Assembly: GCA_963662315.1 (NCBI GenBank)
Contig: OY759353.1
Location: forward strand, 3,072,001-3,136,000
Length of the DNA stretch: 64,000 nucleotides
Origin: Geopsychrobacteraceae bacterium
Lineage (GTDB): Bacteria > Desulfobacterota > Desulfuromonadia > Desulfuromonadales > Geopsychrobacteraceae
Direction of reading: 5' to 3'
Of this stretch, positions 47,464-57,100 are shown piece after piece (within the stretch, counting starts at the first letter, position 1; each line of letters starts with the position of its first letter). Under the pieces are notes generated by a model, which was not told where the DNA came from, searched no databases, and saw only the letters and a program-made list of their open reading frames with translations. The position numbers were made by a program, and so were the translations under genes.

Positions 47464-49650
47464 ATGAATCTTGTAAGGCGCTTAACCCTTTCCTTTGGGA
47501 TTGTCATCGTCCTGACCATATTGATGTACATGGTTTTTACCTCAGGAACAGGTGAAATCCGCCTGGCTCACCAGCAGACAGGGCAAGCGCTGGATAGTGC
47601 AACTGAGGCTGGTAAAAAGGCGGCACTGGTAGATAGCAGTATTAAAAACCTGGAAAACTTAAGGGCCGCCTTGAAAATAGCACTTGCCGAAGTACAGGGA
47701 CAAATGCTGACCAACTCTGATTCTTTGAATTTTGGTCTCTTAGATACTGATTCAGCGCCAGACTTTACCCCGCGGCAGGGTGAGAACGGGGAGCAGATCA
47801 ACACGCTGCTTGGCAATGACATGGCCTGGCAAAGCGCTATGACGGAAAAATATAACCAGTCAAGGGACATTGCGGCTCGCATAAAGGAGCAGTGGGCACC
47901 TTATCATGAAGGCCTGTCCAAAAGTGTCGACGATCTGAAGCGCTCATTACTGAACTGGAATCTCAAGGTCGCAAACATGCTGTTTGTACAGAGTTCCCTT
48001 GGGGAGCTCATTTATGAAGACATTGCCGATACACCATTACAGGAGTTTATGGCTGGTGAGGTCTACCAACAGTTTGCGCCCCTTGTCCCCCAGCTGCAGG
48101 ACGCGTTGACGAAAACGGCCAGTGCCAATGAGGCCTTGTACTATGGCGTTGACCAGCTTGATACCATGGCAATGCTGGGGCAATGGGAAAAAGCCAGGCT
48201 TTATTATCGGGATGTCTTTCCGATGAATATCAAATCAATCGTTGTCGACCTGGACCAGGTGATGAGTCTCGAAAATGGCATACTCAAACAGCATGCCCGT
48301 GCCGGAACTCTTCTCGGCAGCGAATTAAGGCCGCTGGCTGAGGACATGGACACCATTCTCGCAGGTCTTGTACAGCAGCTGAAGGAGCTGCAACAACAGT
48401 CAAGAACAGCAGTCAGTCAAGCTGCTGATAAGGTTCTGACCGGGAGTGAGAAGGTTGTTGCTAATTTGAACCGGGTCGAACAGCTCAGCACTCTGCTTGT
48501 GTTACTTGTCATCGTTGTCGGAGTTATCAGTTCTTTATTCGCGACCCACTCGATTGTCCGGCCGACCAGGCAAATTGTCGCAATGCTCGAAGGGATGAAG
48601 GATGGCAAGCTTGATCAACGGCTCAATTTCAAGCGTAGGGACGAATTCGGACGCATGGGCATGGTCCTGGATCAGTTTGCGGATAACCTGAAATATGAAA
48701 TCCTGCAGGCCTTCGACCATTTGGGAAAAGGGGACTTTACCTTTCGTGCGGATGGTCTGATCAAGGAACCACTGCATGTCGTTAATAACTCACTGACGGA
48801 CTTTGTCGGCGAAATTCAGCATACAGGAGCGACGGTTTTCCGGGGGGCGGATAAGATATCCACGTCAAACAGAGAACTGTCAGCCGGGGCAAATCAGCAG
48901 TCAGAAGCGTTAACCCGGTTTTCTCAGGCAATGGAAAAGATTTCAGCACGGGCTGATAATAATAACCGGGGGGCGGAAAACGCTCACACCCTGCTGGATT
49001 TGTTACGCGCAGAAGCCGATAAAAGTTATGCCGAAATGGAAGCGGTGGTTTCGTCAATGCATGACATTGCTGCAGTAGGACAGGACATCAACAAGATCAT
49101 GAAAGTGATAGATTCCATAGCCTTCCAGACCAATTTATTGGCATTGAATGCCGCTGTCGAAGCTGCCCGCGCTGGACAGCATGGCAAAGGGTTTGCTGTT
49201 GTCGCTGAAGAAGTCAGGACGTTGGCTAACAACAGCAGCAAAGCAGCAGGTGAAATTGCCCGCCTGATTGAAGGATCACAACAAAAGATCGCCGGTGGCG
49301 TGGAGCGTGCCACCCAGACAGCGGAAACCCTTCAAAATATGACCACTAAAGTGAATGATATCGCATCTCTCGCAGCCGGAATTGCGTCTGCTTCCAGTCA
49401 ACAGGTGGCCGAAATCATTGATATTCGTATTGCACTGGACGAGATTGGGCAAATCACCACTATGAATGAACAGGTCTCGGTGGCGACTGCTGAAGAAGCG
49501 TCTACGCTGGCTGAATACGCTGGGAAATTACAGCAGCTGCTGAACAAGTTTCGCTTTGAAGATGACCTGGCGATGAAGGAGTTGACGGCGTGCAGTGAAT
49601 GGAATAAGGGAACCGAAACAAAAGAAGTGTATCTGACCGTAGCGGCCTGA
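47464..49650 (+). CDS. Methyl-accepting chemotaxis protein with a large helical periplasmic domain
   Basis: Two TMs about 310 aa apart, [38 protein letters not shown]. Confidence 0.95.
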   Translation: MNLVRRLTLSFGIVIVLTILMYMVFTSGTGEIRLAHQQTGQALDSATEAGKKAALVDSSIKNLENLRAALKIALAEVQGQMLTNSDSLNFGLLDTDSAPDFTPRQGENGEQINTLLGNDMAWQSAMTEKYNQSRDIAARIKEQWAPYHEGLSKSVDDLKRSLLNWNLKVANMLFVQSSLGELIYEDIADTPLQEFMAGEVYQQFAPLVPQLQDALTKTASANEALYYGVDQLDTMAMLGQWEKARLYYRDVFPMNIKSIVVDLDQVMSLENGILKQHARAGTLLGSELRPLAEDMDTILAGLVQQLKELQQQSRTAVSQAADKVLTGSEKVVANLNRVEQLSTLLVLLVIVVGVISSLFATHSIVRPTRQIVAMLEGMKDGKLDQRLNFKRRDEFGRMGMVLDQFADNLKYEILQAFDHLGKGDFTFRADGLIKEPLHVVNNSLTDFVGEIQHTGATVFRGADKISTSNRELSAGANQQSEALTRFSQAMEKISARADNNNRGAENAHTLLDLLRAEADKSYAEMEAVVSSMHDIAAVGQDINKIMKVIDSIAFQTNLLALNAAVEAARAGQHGKGFAVVAEEVRTLANNSSKAAGEIARLIEGSQQKIAGGVERATQTAETLQNMTTKVNDIASLAAGIASASSQQVAEIIDIRIALDEIGQITTMNEQVSVATAEEASTLAEYAGKLQQLLNKFRFEDDLAMKELTACSEWNKGTETKEVYLTVAA

Positions 49651-49679
49651 CAAATCAATATAAGAACGGGGATGCTTAA

Positions 49680-49712
49680 TGGACTGACGATCAGTGCCTG
49701 ATCGTCAGTCCA
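49680..49712. terminator. Perfect 15-bp hairpin between convergent genes
   Basis: TGGACTGACGATCAG-TGC-CTGATCGTCAGTCCA. Confidence 0.6.
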
Positions 49713-49721
49713 CATGAAATT

Positions 49722-52109
49722 TTACATTTCCAGGCGGAAGAAGTCCCGGGCTTTGAGTTTTTTCTCGTCATTCATGCGGGTTGGAGCGGTGCCGGGGGCA
49801 AAGGCTTCAAAATAGGCCTGGTTATTGTCGTCAGCCAGTAGCAGTCCGCTTTTGGTGTCGATAGCATGGAATTCAATGGAATCAGGAATTTTGAATTGCT
49901 CAACCGGATATTGCTTGGCAGCTTCCTGCATGAATGCAACCCACGCCGGTGATGCAGCACGGGAGCCGGTTTCACTTTTACCCAAAGGTCGCTCCTGGTC
50001 ATAACCGACCCAGGAAACACATGCCAGTTGCGGAATAAAACCGATGTACCAGGCGTCTTTCAAGTCGTTGGTGGTTCCTGTTTTTCCGGCAGAAGGACGC
50101 TTGATCGCTTTGGCACGCCAACCGGTACCCTCCTGCACGACACTTTCCATGACATTAGTGATCAGATAAGCGGTTTCCGGGGAAATAACCCGGTGCGGTG
50201 GTTTGCGGATCAGATGCTGGTCGCTGCCCATGCCTGTGGCAAAGTCGGCAGGCTCGATCGATTCCAGGATCCGGCCATTACGGTCTTTAATCCGGGTAAT
50301 GAAGGTGGGCGGAATGAGAATCCCGCCGTTGGCAAATACCGTATAGGCGGTCAGCATTTCCAGTGGAGTGACCGCTGTTGAGCCAAGGGCCATGGACAGA
50401 TCCCGCTGCAGAGGGGTTTCTATCCCGAGTTTTTCAATATAGTTGGCAGCATAGTTGACACCGATATCTTCAAGAATTTTGATGGTGACAACGTTGCGCG
50501 AATGGGCTAAAGCCTGGCGGAAGGTTGTTGGCCCATAAAACTTTTCTTCATAGTTTTTTGGTTTCCACTCTTCTATTTCACCGGTCTGGACCTTTTTATT
50601 CTCATAAATGAGTGGCGTATCCAGAATGATGCTGGCAGGGGTATATCCGCGATCAAGGGCGGCGGCATAAATCAATGGCTTGATCGCAGAGCCAGGCAGA
50701 CGTTTCGCCTGAATGGCGCGGTTGAACTGGCTTTTATTGAAATCATAACCGCCGACGATCGCTTTAACCTGACCGCTGAAAGGATCTATGGCAACCAGGG
50801 CGCCCTGGGCTTCAGGTTCCTGTTCAAGAGCCAGCAACACCGGTTCACTTGAAGGGTCGAGAATCTGTACTTCAATGACTGAACCCACCGGCAGGATGGT
50901 TTTTTTGCTATCGGCATTCCCCTGGAGTTCTGCAGACGCTGGACCAATTTCGATGGCGCCGGCCCATTTGCTGTCAGCAATGGAAATCTCACCGGTTTTG
51001 TTGCCGATTTTGCAGATAATATGATCATCCCTGATACCGCTGACCAGAGCCTGGGAGTAACTCCCTTCAATCATGGGTTCATCTTCAAACTGCTCGATCT
51101 GGTTAGTCAGGAATTCCAGCTGTTCCGCTTCCGTTAAGACCCCGGTGACGCCCCGGTACCCCTGGCGCTTATCGTGATCGCGCAGGTTGTGCTGAACTGC
51201 CTGCCGGGCGGCTTCCTGCATTTTCAGGTTGATGCTGGTTTCGACCTGAAGTCCGCCAGTATAGAGCTGTTCTTCGCCGAAGCGTTCTTCCAGGTAACGC
51301 CGCACCTGTTCGTTAAAGTAGGCAGTGACATCAAGCAGATGATTGAGGCGTGGTTTGATTTTGACTTTTTCCACCGCAGCCTGATCTCGCTCTTGCGGCG
51401 TAATAAAGCCTTCTTTGACCATGCGGCCCAGAACATATTTCTGGCGTTCCATAGCCCGTGCATAGTGTTTATAGGGGGAATAGCGACTGGGTGCCTGAGG
51501 CAGACCAGCCAGAATGGCACTTTCGGCCAGGGTCAGTTGATCGACGTTTTTATCGAAATAGTTTTCGGCGGCCGCTTCAACACCGTAAGCCCGGTGACCA
51601 AGATAAATCTGGTTGAGATAAAGGTAGAGGATCTCCTGCTTGGTCAGGGCCTGCTCCATGCGCCAGGCCAGAATCGCTTCTTTAAATTTGCGGGTGAAAG
51701 TTCTTTCCGAGGTTAACAACAGTTTTTTGGCAACCTGCTGGGTAATCGTACTGCCACCCTGGGCGATGCCGCCGGCTTTCAGGTTTTTCAGCACAGCGCG
51801 GCCAATGGAGACAAAATCAATCCCTTTGTGTGAGAAGAAACTGGAGTCCTCGGCAGCCACAAACGCTTGAATCAGGGTTTTGGGGATTTTTTCAAAAGGG
51901 ACCAGAATTCTGCGTTCACGTGAATATTCGGCAATGACAGTACCGTCGTCGGCAAAGACCTGAGTGATCAGAGGTGGTTTGTAATCTGATAAAGTGTTGA
52001 CATCGGGCAGGGTTGACGAAACATAAAAGTAAGCGCCGACCAGTAGCGCTGCTCCAAGCAAAGGTGCGCAGAGCATGGCGAAAAGACAATATTTAAGGAA
52101 CCGCTTCAT
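49722..52109 (-). CDS. mrcA: Penicillin-binding protein 1A
   Basis: AAEDSSF, GGSTITQQ, RKFKE, YLNQIY; transpeptidase SAIK, SRN, KTG. Confidence 0.95.
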   Translation of the reverse strand: MKRFLKYCLFAMLCAPLLGAALLVGAYFYVSSTLPDVNTLSDYKPPLITQVFADDGTVIAEYSRERRILVPFEKIPKTLIQAFVAAEDSSFFSHKGIDFVSIGRAVLKNLKAGGIAQGGSTITQQVAKKLLLTSERTFTRKFKEAILAWRMEQALTKQEILYLYLNQIYLGHRAYGVEAAAENYFDKNVDQLTLAESAILAGLPQAPSRYSPYKHYARAMERQKYVLGRMVKEGFITPQERDQAAVEKVKIKPRLNHLLDVTAYFNEQVRRYLEERFGEEQLYTGGLQVETSINLKMQEAARQAVQHNLRDHDKRQGYRGVTGVLTEAEQLEFLTNQIEQFEDEPMIEGSYSQALVSGIRDDHIICKIGNKTGEISIADSKWAGAIEIGPASAELQGNADSKKTILPVGSVIEVQILDPSSEPVLLALEQEPEAQGALVAIDPFSGQVKAIVGGYDFNKSQFNRAIQAKRLPGSAIKPLIYAAALDRGYTPASIILDTPLIYENKKVQTGEIEEWKPKNYEEKFYGPTTFRQALAHSRNVVTIKILEDIGVNYAANYIEKLGIETPLQRDLSMALGSTAVTPLEMLTAYTVFANGGILIPPTFITRIKDRNGRILESIEPADFATGMGSDQHLIRKPPHRVISPETAYLITNVMESVVQEGTGWRAKAIKRPSAGKTGTTNDLKDAWYIGFIPQLACVSWVGYDQERPLGKSETGSRAASPAWVAFMQEAAKQYPVEQFKIPDSIEFHAIDTKSGLLLADDNNQAYFEAFAPGTAPTRMNDEKKLKARDFFRLEM

Positions 52110-52313
52110 GGTAGATAAGGCCTGCTAGAGTTTATAGGACTTCTCATTTGTTTGTGAGGTGCGTTATGAATGAACGATACGACAATGGCAGATTTATACC
52201 ATGGCGGGTCCGGGACGGGCAACAGCTTGTCGCAAAAGTTGGTCAATAATCACGCAAATGTAGTATGATACAAAAATTACTGTCAAGGATTGGGCGGCAC
52301 AAGGGCGATAGGC

Positions 52314-52342
52314 TTGACCCCTGCTTTGGATCGGCCTATGCT
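52314..52342 (+). promoter_or_regulatory. Sigma70-type promoter for the queC leader
   Basis: TTGACC-17 bp-TATGCT. Confidence 0.6.
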
Positions 52343-52355
52343 CCGCGCTATGCGA

Positions 52356-52544
52356 GTAATATGAATATCAGGTTGTCCTGTTCGTTCAACTCGGGAAGGC
52401 CGAATTGAGGGCTTGCCACTGCCAGGGCGCATAAATCTATGAGTCTTGACGGTCGCCTTTCTGGCGACAGATCCTTTTCCAAGGAGAAGTCCTCAATCAG
52501 TCCTGGAGCATTACCGGAGTAAACAGGAAAAAATTCATACTTAC
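52356..52544 (+). ncRNA. Putative structured RNA (leader or sRNA) upstream of queC
   Basis: Nested complementary segments TATGAAT/ATTCATA, TCCTGTT/AACAGGA, ATTGAGGGCTT/AAGTCCTCAAT, TGCCAG/CTGGCG; family not recognised. Confidence 0.4.
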
Positions 52545-52616
52545 CAAAAGAAATTGTAATTCTTCAGCAAAGCTGAAAGACAGTGTTTATAAAATAAAGG
52601 AAAGAAGGTTTTCACG

Positions 52617-53294
52617 ATGAAAAAAGCTGTTGTGCTCTACAGTGGAGGACTCGATTCTACAACCTGTATGGCCATTGCCAAAGAGGATGGTTTCGAGCCC
52701 TATGCGATGAGCTTTGCCTATGGCCAGCGCCATAATGTGGAGTTGGATAAAGCGCGCCAATATGCGCCGCTGATTGGTGCCAAGGAACACCTGGTTGTTG
52801 ATATTGATCTGCGCAAAATGGGTGGCAGTGCCTTGACGGCTGATATCGACGTGCCCAAAGACGGTGTGGCCGAGAATGAAATTCCAGTCACCTATGTGCC
52901 CGCCCGTAATACGATTTTCCTGTCGTTTGCTTTGGGCTGGGCCGAGGTTCTTGGTGCTTCTGATATCTACATCGGCGTCAACGCCCTTGATTATTCTGGT
53001 TATCCCGATTGTCGCCCTGAATTTATCGCCGCGTATCAGACCATGGCCAACCTGGCGACCCGGGCCGGTGTTGAGGGTCATCCTTACCGCATCCATACCC
53101 CTCTGATTGATCTGACCAAAGCGCAGACCATCGCTCGCGGCCTGGAATTGGGAGTGGATTACAGCTTGACTCACTCCTGCTATGACCCGACTCCTGAAGG
53201 TTTGTGCTGTGGTTTATGTGACTCCTGTCGTCTGCGCCTGAAAGGTTTTGCCGAGCTGGGTAAAACCGATCCGGTTGCTTATGTCCAGCGTTAA
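52617..53294 (+). CDS. queC: 7-cyano-7-deazaguanine synthase
   Basis: SGGLDS, YGQRH, TYVPARN, YPDCR, SCY...CGLCDSC. Confidence 0.96.
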   Translation: MKKAVVLYSGGLDSTTCMAIAKEDGFEPYAMSFAYGQRHNVELDKARQYAPLIGAKEHLVVDIDLRKMGGSALTADIDVPKDGVAENEIPVTYVPARNTIFLSFALGWAEVLGASDIYIGVNALDYSGYPDCRPEFIAAYQTMANLATRAGVEGHPYRIHTPLIDLTKAQTIARGLELGVDYSLTHSCYDPTPEGLCCGLCDSCRLRLKGFAELGKTDPVAYVQR

Positions 53295-53307
53295 CAGGGG
53301 GATCACC

Positions 53308-54087
53308 ATGGCGGACATGCCAGATTTGCAGCAGAGCCGAGATAACCGCAATATCGCCATCGACAAGGTGGGGGTGAAGGATATCGGCTATCCGATTATC
53401 GTTCAGGATAAACGCCGGGAACGCCAGCACACAGTCGCCAGGGTCAACATGTATGTTGATTTGCCGGAGCAGTTCAAAGGGACTCATATGAGCCGTTTTA
53501 TTGAAGTGCTCAACCTTTATCATGGTGAAATCGGTATTGAAAACCTGGAAACGATCCTGGCAGAAATGAAACAGCGCCTGGGGGCAAGCAAGGCCCACCT
53601 GGAGCTAAGATTTCCCTATTTTATTGAGAAAAAAGCCCCTGTTTCCCAGGCCCGCAGTCTGCTTGAATACCAGTGCCGCATGGTTGGTACTCTGGGAGAC
53701 GACTATGATTTTATCCTTGAAGCAAATATTCCGGTGACCTCCCTGTGCCCCTGTTCCAAAGAGATCAGTGAGCGCGGAGCACATAACCAGCGCAGTATTG
53801 TAACGGTGCAGATCCGTTACGCGGAGCACATCTGGCTGGAAGACCTGATCTCCTGGGTCGAAGAGTGTGCCAGTTGCCAGGTCTATGCTTTGCTCAAACG
53901 GGAAGATGAAAAGGCTGTCACCGAGCGGGCCTACGACAACCCCATGTTTGTTGAGGATATGGTCCGTTCCGTAACTGAAAAGCTGAGTCGTATCGAGAAT
54001 ATTCGTTGGTTCAGTGTCGAGTGCGAAAACTTCGAATCGATTCATAACCACTCTGCTTATGCCATGATTGAACGGAATAATTATTAG
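53308..54087 (+). CDS. folE2: GTP cyclohydrolase IB
   Basis: MPDLQ, IDKVGVK, KGTHMSRF, SLCPCSK, AHNQRS, LKREDEK, ESIHNHSA. Confidence 0.95.
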   Translation: MADMPDLQQSRDNRNIAIDKVGVKDIGYPIIVQDKRRERQHTVARVNMYVDLPEQFKGTHMSRFIEVLNLYHGEIGIENLETILAEMKQRLGASKAHLELRFPYFIEKKAPVSQARSLLEYQCRMVGTLGDDYDFILEANIPVTSLCPCSKEISERGAHNQRSIVTVQIRYAEHIWLEDLISWVEECASCQVYALLKREDEKAVTERAYDNPMFVEDMVRSVTEKLSRIENIRWFSVECENFESIHNHSAYAMIERNNY

Positions 54088-54090
54088 TAC

Positions 54091-54120
54091 TGTGGATAAC
54101 CCTGTTGATAGTGTGGATAA
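54091..54120 (-). promoter_or_regulatory. DnaA-box cluster
   Basis: TGTGGATAA (54091-54099) and TGTGGATAA (54112-54120) flank a degenerate TGTTGATAG (54103-54111). Confidence 0.65.
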
Positions 54121-54126
54121 CTTACA

Positions 54127-54801
54127 ATGCACCAACAACATTCAGAGGTGCTGGCGGTGTTTGCCAAGCAACCGCTTGCGGGACAGGTTAAAACGCGCCT
54201 GTGTCCGCCCCTGACGGCACAGGAAGCAGCAGCTTTTTATGAGCAATCGTTGCGCGAGGTGCTGAGGCGGGTTGGAGAGCTGGATAACTGTGATCTGGTC
54301 ATCTGCTATGCCGGGGAGCGCAGCTGGTTTGCCACTAATTTTCCGGGTTTCCGGTTATTGCCACAGCGTGGCAGTGATTTGGGTGAGCGGATGGAGCAGC
54401 TGCTTGCGGATCTGTTTGCCGCCGGTTATCAGCGTGCTGTCCTGATTGGCAGTGATCTGCCCGATTTACCCCTTAAAGAGATCAGGCTGGCGTTTGAATT
54501 GCTGCAGGATGTTGATGTTGTTTACGGGCCGGCCCGCGACGGTGGTTATTATCTGGTTGGTGAAGCGACCCACTGCCCTGACCTGTTCCGTAATATTCCC
54601 TGGAGCACCGACGTTGTTCTTGAAGAGAGTTTACGCAAAGCGGCTATGGTCGGAATGTTTACGGCCCGTTTGCCGGTTTACGAGGACCTTGATGATGTGA
54701 GTGCTGTGCAAAATTTTCTCGAACGCAGCCCGAAAAGCAGTACGGCGGTATTTCTGCGGCAGTCTCTGCGGCATCATTTTTTTCCTCCAGAGGGCGGATA
54801 A
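54127..54801 (+). CDS. TIGR04282/DUF2064 glycosyltransferase-fold (CofC-like) protein
   Basis: FAKQPLAGQVKTRL, QRGSDLGERM, IGSDLP, GPARDGGYYL, DLD. Confidence 0.88.
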   Translation: MHQQHSEVLAVFAKQPLAGQVKTRLCPPLTAQEAAAFYEQSLREVLRRVGELDNCDLVICYAGERSWFATNFPGFRLLPQRGSDLGERMEQLLADLFAAGYQRAVLIGSDLPDLPLKEIRLAFELLQDVDVVYGPARDGGYYLVGEATHCPDLFRNIPWSTDVVLEESLRKAAMVGMFTARLPVYEDLDDVSAVQNFLERSPKSSTAVFLRQSLRHHFFPPEGG

Positions 54802-54844
54802 CCAATTGAAAGGCGGTCGGAAATTCTCCGGATTATAGACAAAC

Positions 54845-54873
54845 TTGACAGCGCCACCCTGGTTCAGGATAAT
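54845..54873 (+). promoter_or_regulatory. Sigma70-type promoter of the tol operon
   Basis: TTGACA-17 bp-GATAAT. Confidence 0.65.
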
Positions 54874-55056
54874 CTCCGCAACTTTTCATTAAAACGGTTT
54901 CGGTCTAAAATGCGTAATTTTCTGGACCTGAAGCTGCAAAGTATTCTCCTTTAAGGAGATACTCTGGGATCATGCTACGGGGGTAATTGGTCCTGCTGTA
55001 GTGAAAGATCAAAGCTACGGGCTGTATATGGCAGCCCCGATCAAAGGAGTAAGCAG

Positions 55057-55737
55057 TTGCTGGAACTCGTCTTTAACGCTGGACCGGTGGTTAAACTGGT
55101 TCTGCTCGTCCTGGTTTATTTTTCCCTGGTTTCCTGGGCCATCATTTTCTACAAAGCCTCCATCATTCAGCGCGCCATCAAGGATTCCGATCGTTTTCTC
55201 GATTTCTTCTGGACCAAGAAGCGTTTCGATATCGTTGGTCAGGGGATCAAGGAATTCAGTGCCTCTCCCATCGCCAATCTGTTTCGTGAGGGGTATCACG
55301 AGATGCTGCAGATGAAAAAGAAGGCGGATGATGAAGGCAGCACCAATGGTGACTTTTCAGCGCGTATGGACGTTACCGAAATGGTTGGCCGGGCGTTGCG
55401 CCGGGCGACGACCCAGGAAACCCACCGCCTGGAAAAGTATCTGACCTTTCTGGCAACCACCGGATCGACAGCTCCTTTTATTGGTCTGTTCGGGACCGTC
55501 TGGGGGATCATGGATGCCTTTCACGGTATCGGCCAGACCGGCAGCGCTTCTTTGGCGGTTGTCGCTCCCGGTATCTCCGAAGCGCTCATTGCCACGGCCA
55601 TCGGCTTGGCGGCGGCGATTCCGGCGGTTATGGGTTACAACCATTTTCTTAACAAAGTCAACGTTCTGATCGGTGAGATGGATAATTTCAGCCAGGAATT
55701 CCTCAATATCGTTGAACGTATGGAGCGGGTGAAATAG
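55057..55737 (+). CDS. tolQ: TolQ
   Basis: FLATTGSTAPFIGLFGTVWGIM, VVAPGISEALIATA; TTG start with AAGGAG RBS. Confidence 0.95.
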   Translation: MLELVFNAGPVVKLVLLVLVYFSLVSWAIIFYKASIIQRAIKDSDRFLDFFWTKKRFDIVGQGIKEFSASPIANLFREGYHEMLQMKKKADDEGSTNGDFSARMDVTEMVGRALRRATTQETHRLEKYLTFLATTGSTAPFIGLFGTVWGIMDAFHGIGQTGSASLAVVAPGISEALIATAIGLAAAIPAVMGYNHFLNKVNVLIGEMDNFSQEFLNIVERMERVK

Positions 55738-56160
55738 ATGGAAGTCGGACGCCCCTCATCCGGTCGGCGCAGTAATATGTCACAGATCAACGTGACGCCG
55801 CTGGTCGATGTCATGCTGGTGCTGCTGATTATTTTCATGGTCACAGCGCCGATGCTCGATCAGGGTGTTGAAGTCGATCTGCCGCAAGTCGCCGAAGCCC
55901 CCGGCCTGCCTCAACAGCAGGAGCCACTGGTGATTACTCTGGATCGTAGCGGTACGGTGATGATCGGCAAGGCTACGGTTGAAGATTTGAATAAGCTGGG
56001 GCCGGTCATTGATCAGGCCTTAAAGGGTAAACCTGACCGCGAAGTGTTTCTGGAAGCGGATCAGAACGTTCCTTACGGACGCGTCGTGCAGGTTATGGCA
56101 GCGGTAAAGAAGGCTGGTGTTGAATCACTCGGCATGGTGACCCGCCTGCCGGAGGAATAG
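55738..56160 (+). CDS. tolR: TolR
   Basis: INVTPLVDVMLVLLIIFMVTAP, AD..VPYG.VV.VM. Confidence 0.95.
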   Translation: MEVGRPSSGRRSNMSQINVTPLVDVMLVLLIIFMVTAPMLDQGVEVDLPQVAEAPGLPQQQEPLVITLDRSGTVMIGKATVEDLNKLGPVIDQALKGKPDREVFLEADQNVPYGRVVQVMAAVKKAGVESLGMVTRLPEE

Positions 56161-56170
56161 CGACAGCGAC

Positions 56171-57100
56171 ATGGAATCCTCCCGTAAACAACGCTGGCAA
56201 CAGTTGCAGGCCGTGTTTGAACCCGGCTTCAAGCAGATGTTACTGGTGTCATTTCTGGTGCACCTGCTGATCCCGGTCCTCTACTATACGCCGCTGTTCC
56301 CCAAAAAAGCAGCAGAGAAGCCACCGGTCTATAAGGTCAACCTCGTCAATAAGCCGGTCCTTAACCCCCAGGCCGGTCGACCTGAGGCGGTACAGAGTAA
56401 TAAAACCGGATCAACTAAAGCAGCTCCCAAGCCGAAGCCGCTGCCTGCCGCCAAGCCGTTACCCCCTAAACCACAGCCGGAACCGGTGAAGCCGAAGGCG
56501 CTTCCTAAACCGCAGCCCAAGCCCGAGCCGAAACCTGCTCCCAAGGCACAACCCAAACCACAAGCGAAGTCCGAGCCGAAAGCTGCCGCAAAACCTGCTC
56601 CCAAGCCTGAGCCGAAACCGGCAGTCTCCAAGGCCCAGGAGAATGCGCTGGAAAAAAGGCTCGAACAGTTACGCGCAGCTCAACAGCAAAAAGAGGCTGA
56701 GAATGCGCGCCAGCAAACGCTGGATCGCCTGAGGGCTGCCGCCAAAGCTGAAAGTTCCAGAATTGAGTCTCCGGTCAGCAACGCTCCTGTGGGTATGCTC
56801 GATGGTAAAGGGGACGAGGCGGGCGTCAGTGCCGTTGCCTTTGTCCAGGAATTTATTCAGCAGAATTGGAGTTATTCCAAATATATGGCCACCGGAAATC
56901 CTGAAGCTGAAGTGAAGGTTGTGTATGACAAAAGTGGCACATTTTTAACCTTTGATTTTATCAGAAAATCGGGGGACAAAAATTTTGATGATTCACTGAT
57001 ACGCGCCATTTCCAAATCACGGCAACTGCCACAGCCTTTGCCTGAAGCCATGACATTCGAAATTGTTTTTAACCTCAAAGAGATGTTGGATAAACCATGA
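56171..57100 (+). CDS. tolA: TolA/TonB-like energy transducer
   Basis: N-terminal TM with SxxxH, Pro/Lys-rich linker, TonB_C-like C-terminus; position in the tol operon. Confidence 0.85.
   Translation: MESSRKQRWQQLQAVFEPGFKQMLLVSFLVHLLIPVLYYTPLFPKKAAEKPPVYKVNLVNKPVLNPQAGRPEAVQSNKTGSTKAAPKPKPLPAAKPLPPKPQPEPVKPKALPKPQPKPEPKPAPKAQPKPQAKSEPKAAAKPAPKPEPKPAVSKAQENALEKRLEQLRAAQQQKEAENARQQTLDRLRAAAKAESSRIESPVSNAPVGMLDGKGDEAGVSAVAFVQEFIQQNWSYSKYMATGNPEAEVKVVYDKSGTFLTFDFIRKSGDKNFDDSLIRAISKSRQLPQPLPEAMTFEIVFNLKEMLDKP

Noticed and set aside
56400..56630. Repetitive CCCAAGCC/GAGCCGAAA sequence
   Set aside because: Encodes the normal Pro/Lys-rich TolA linker; not a CRISPR array or mobile repeat
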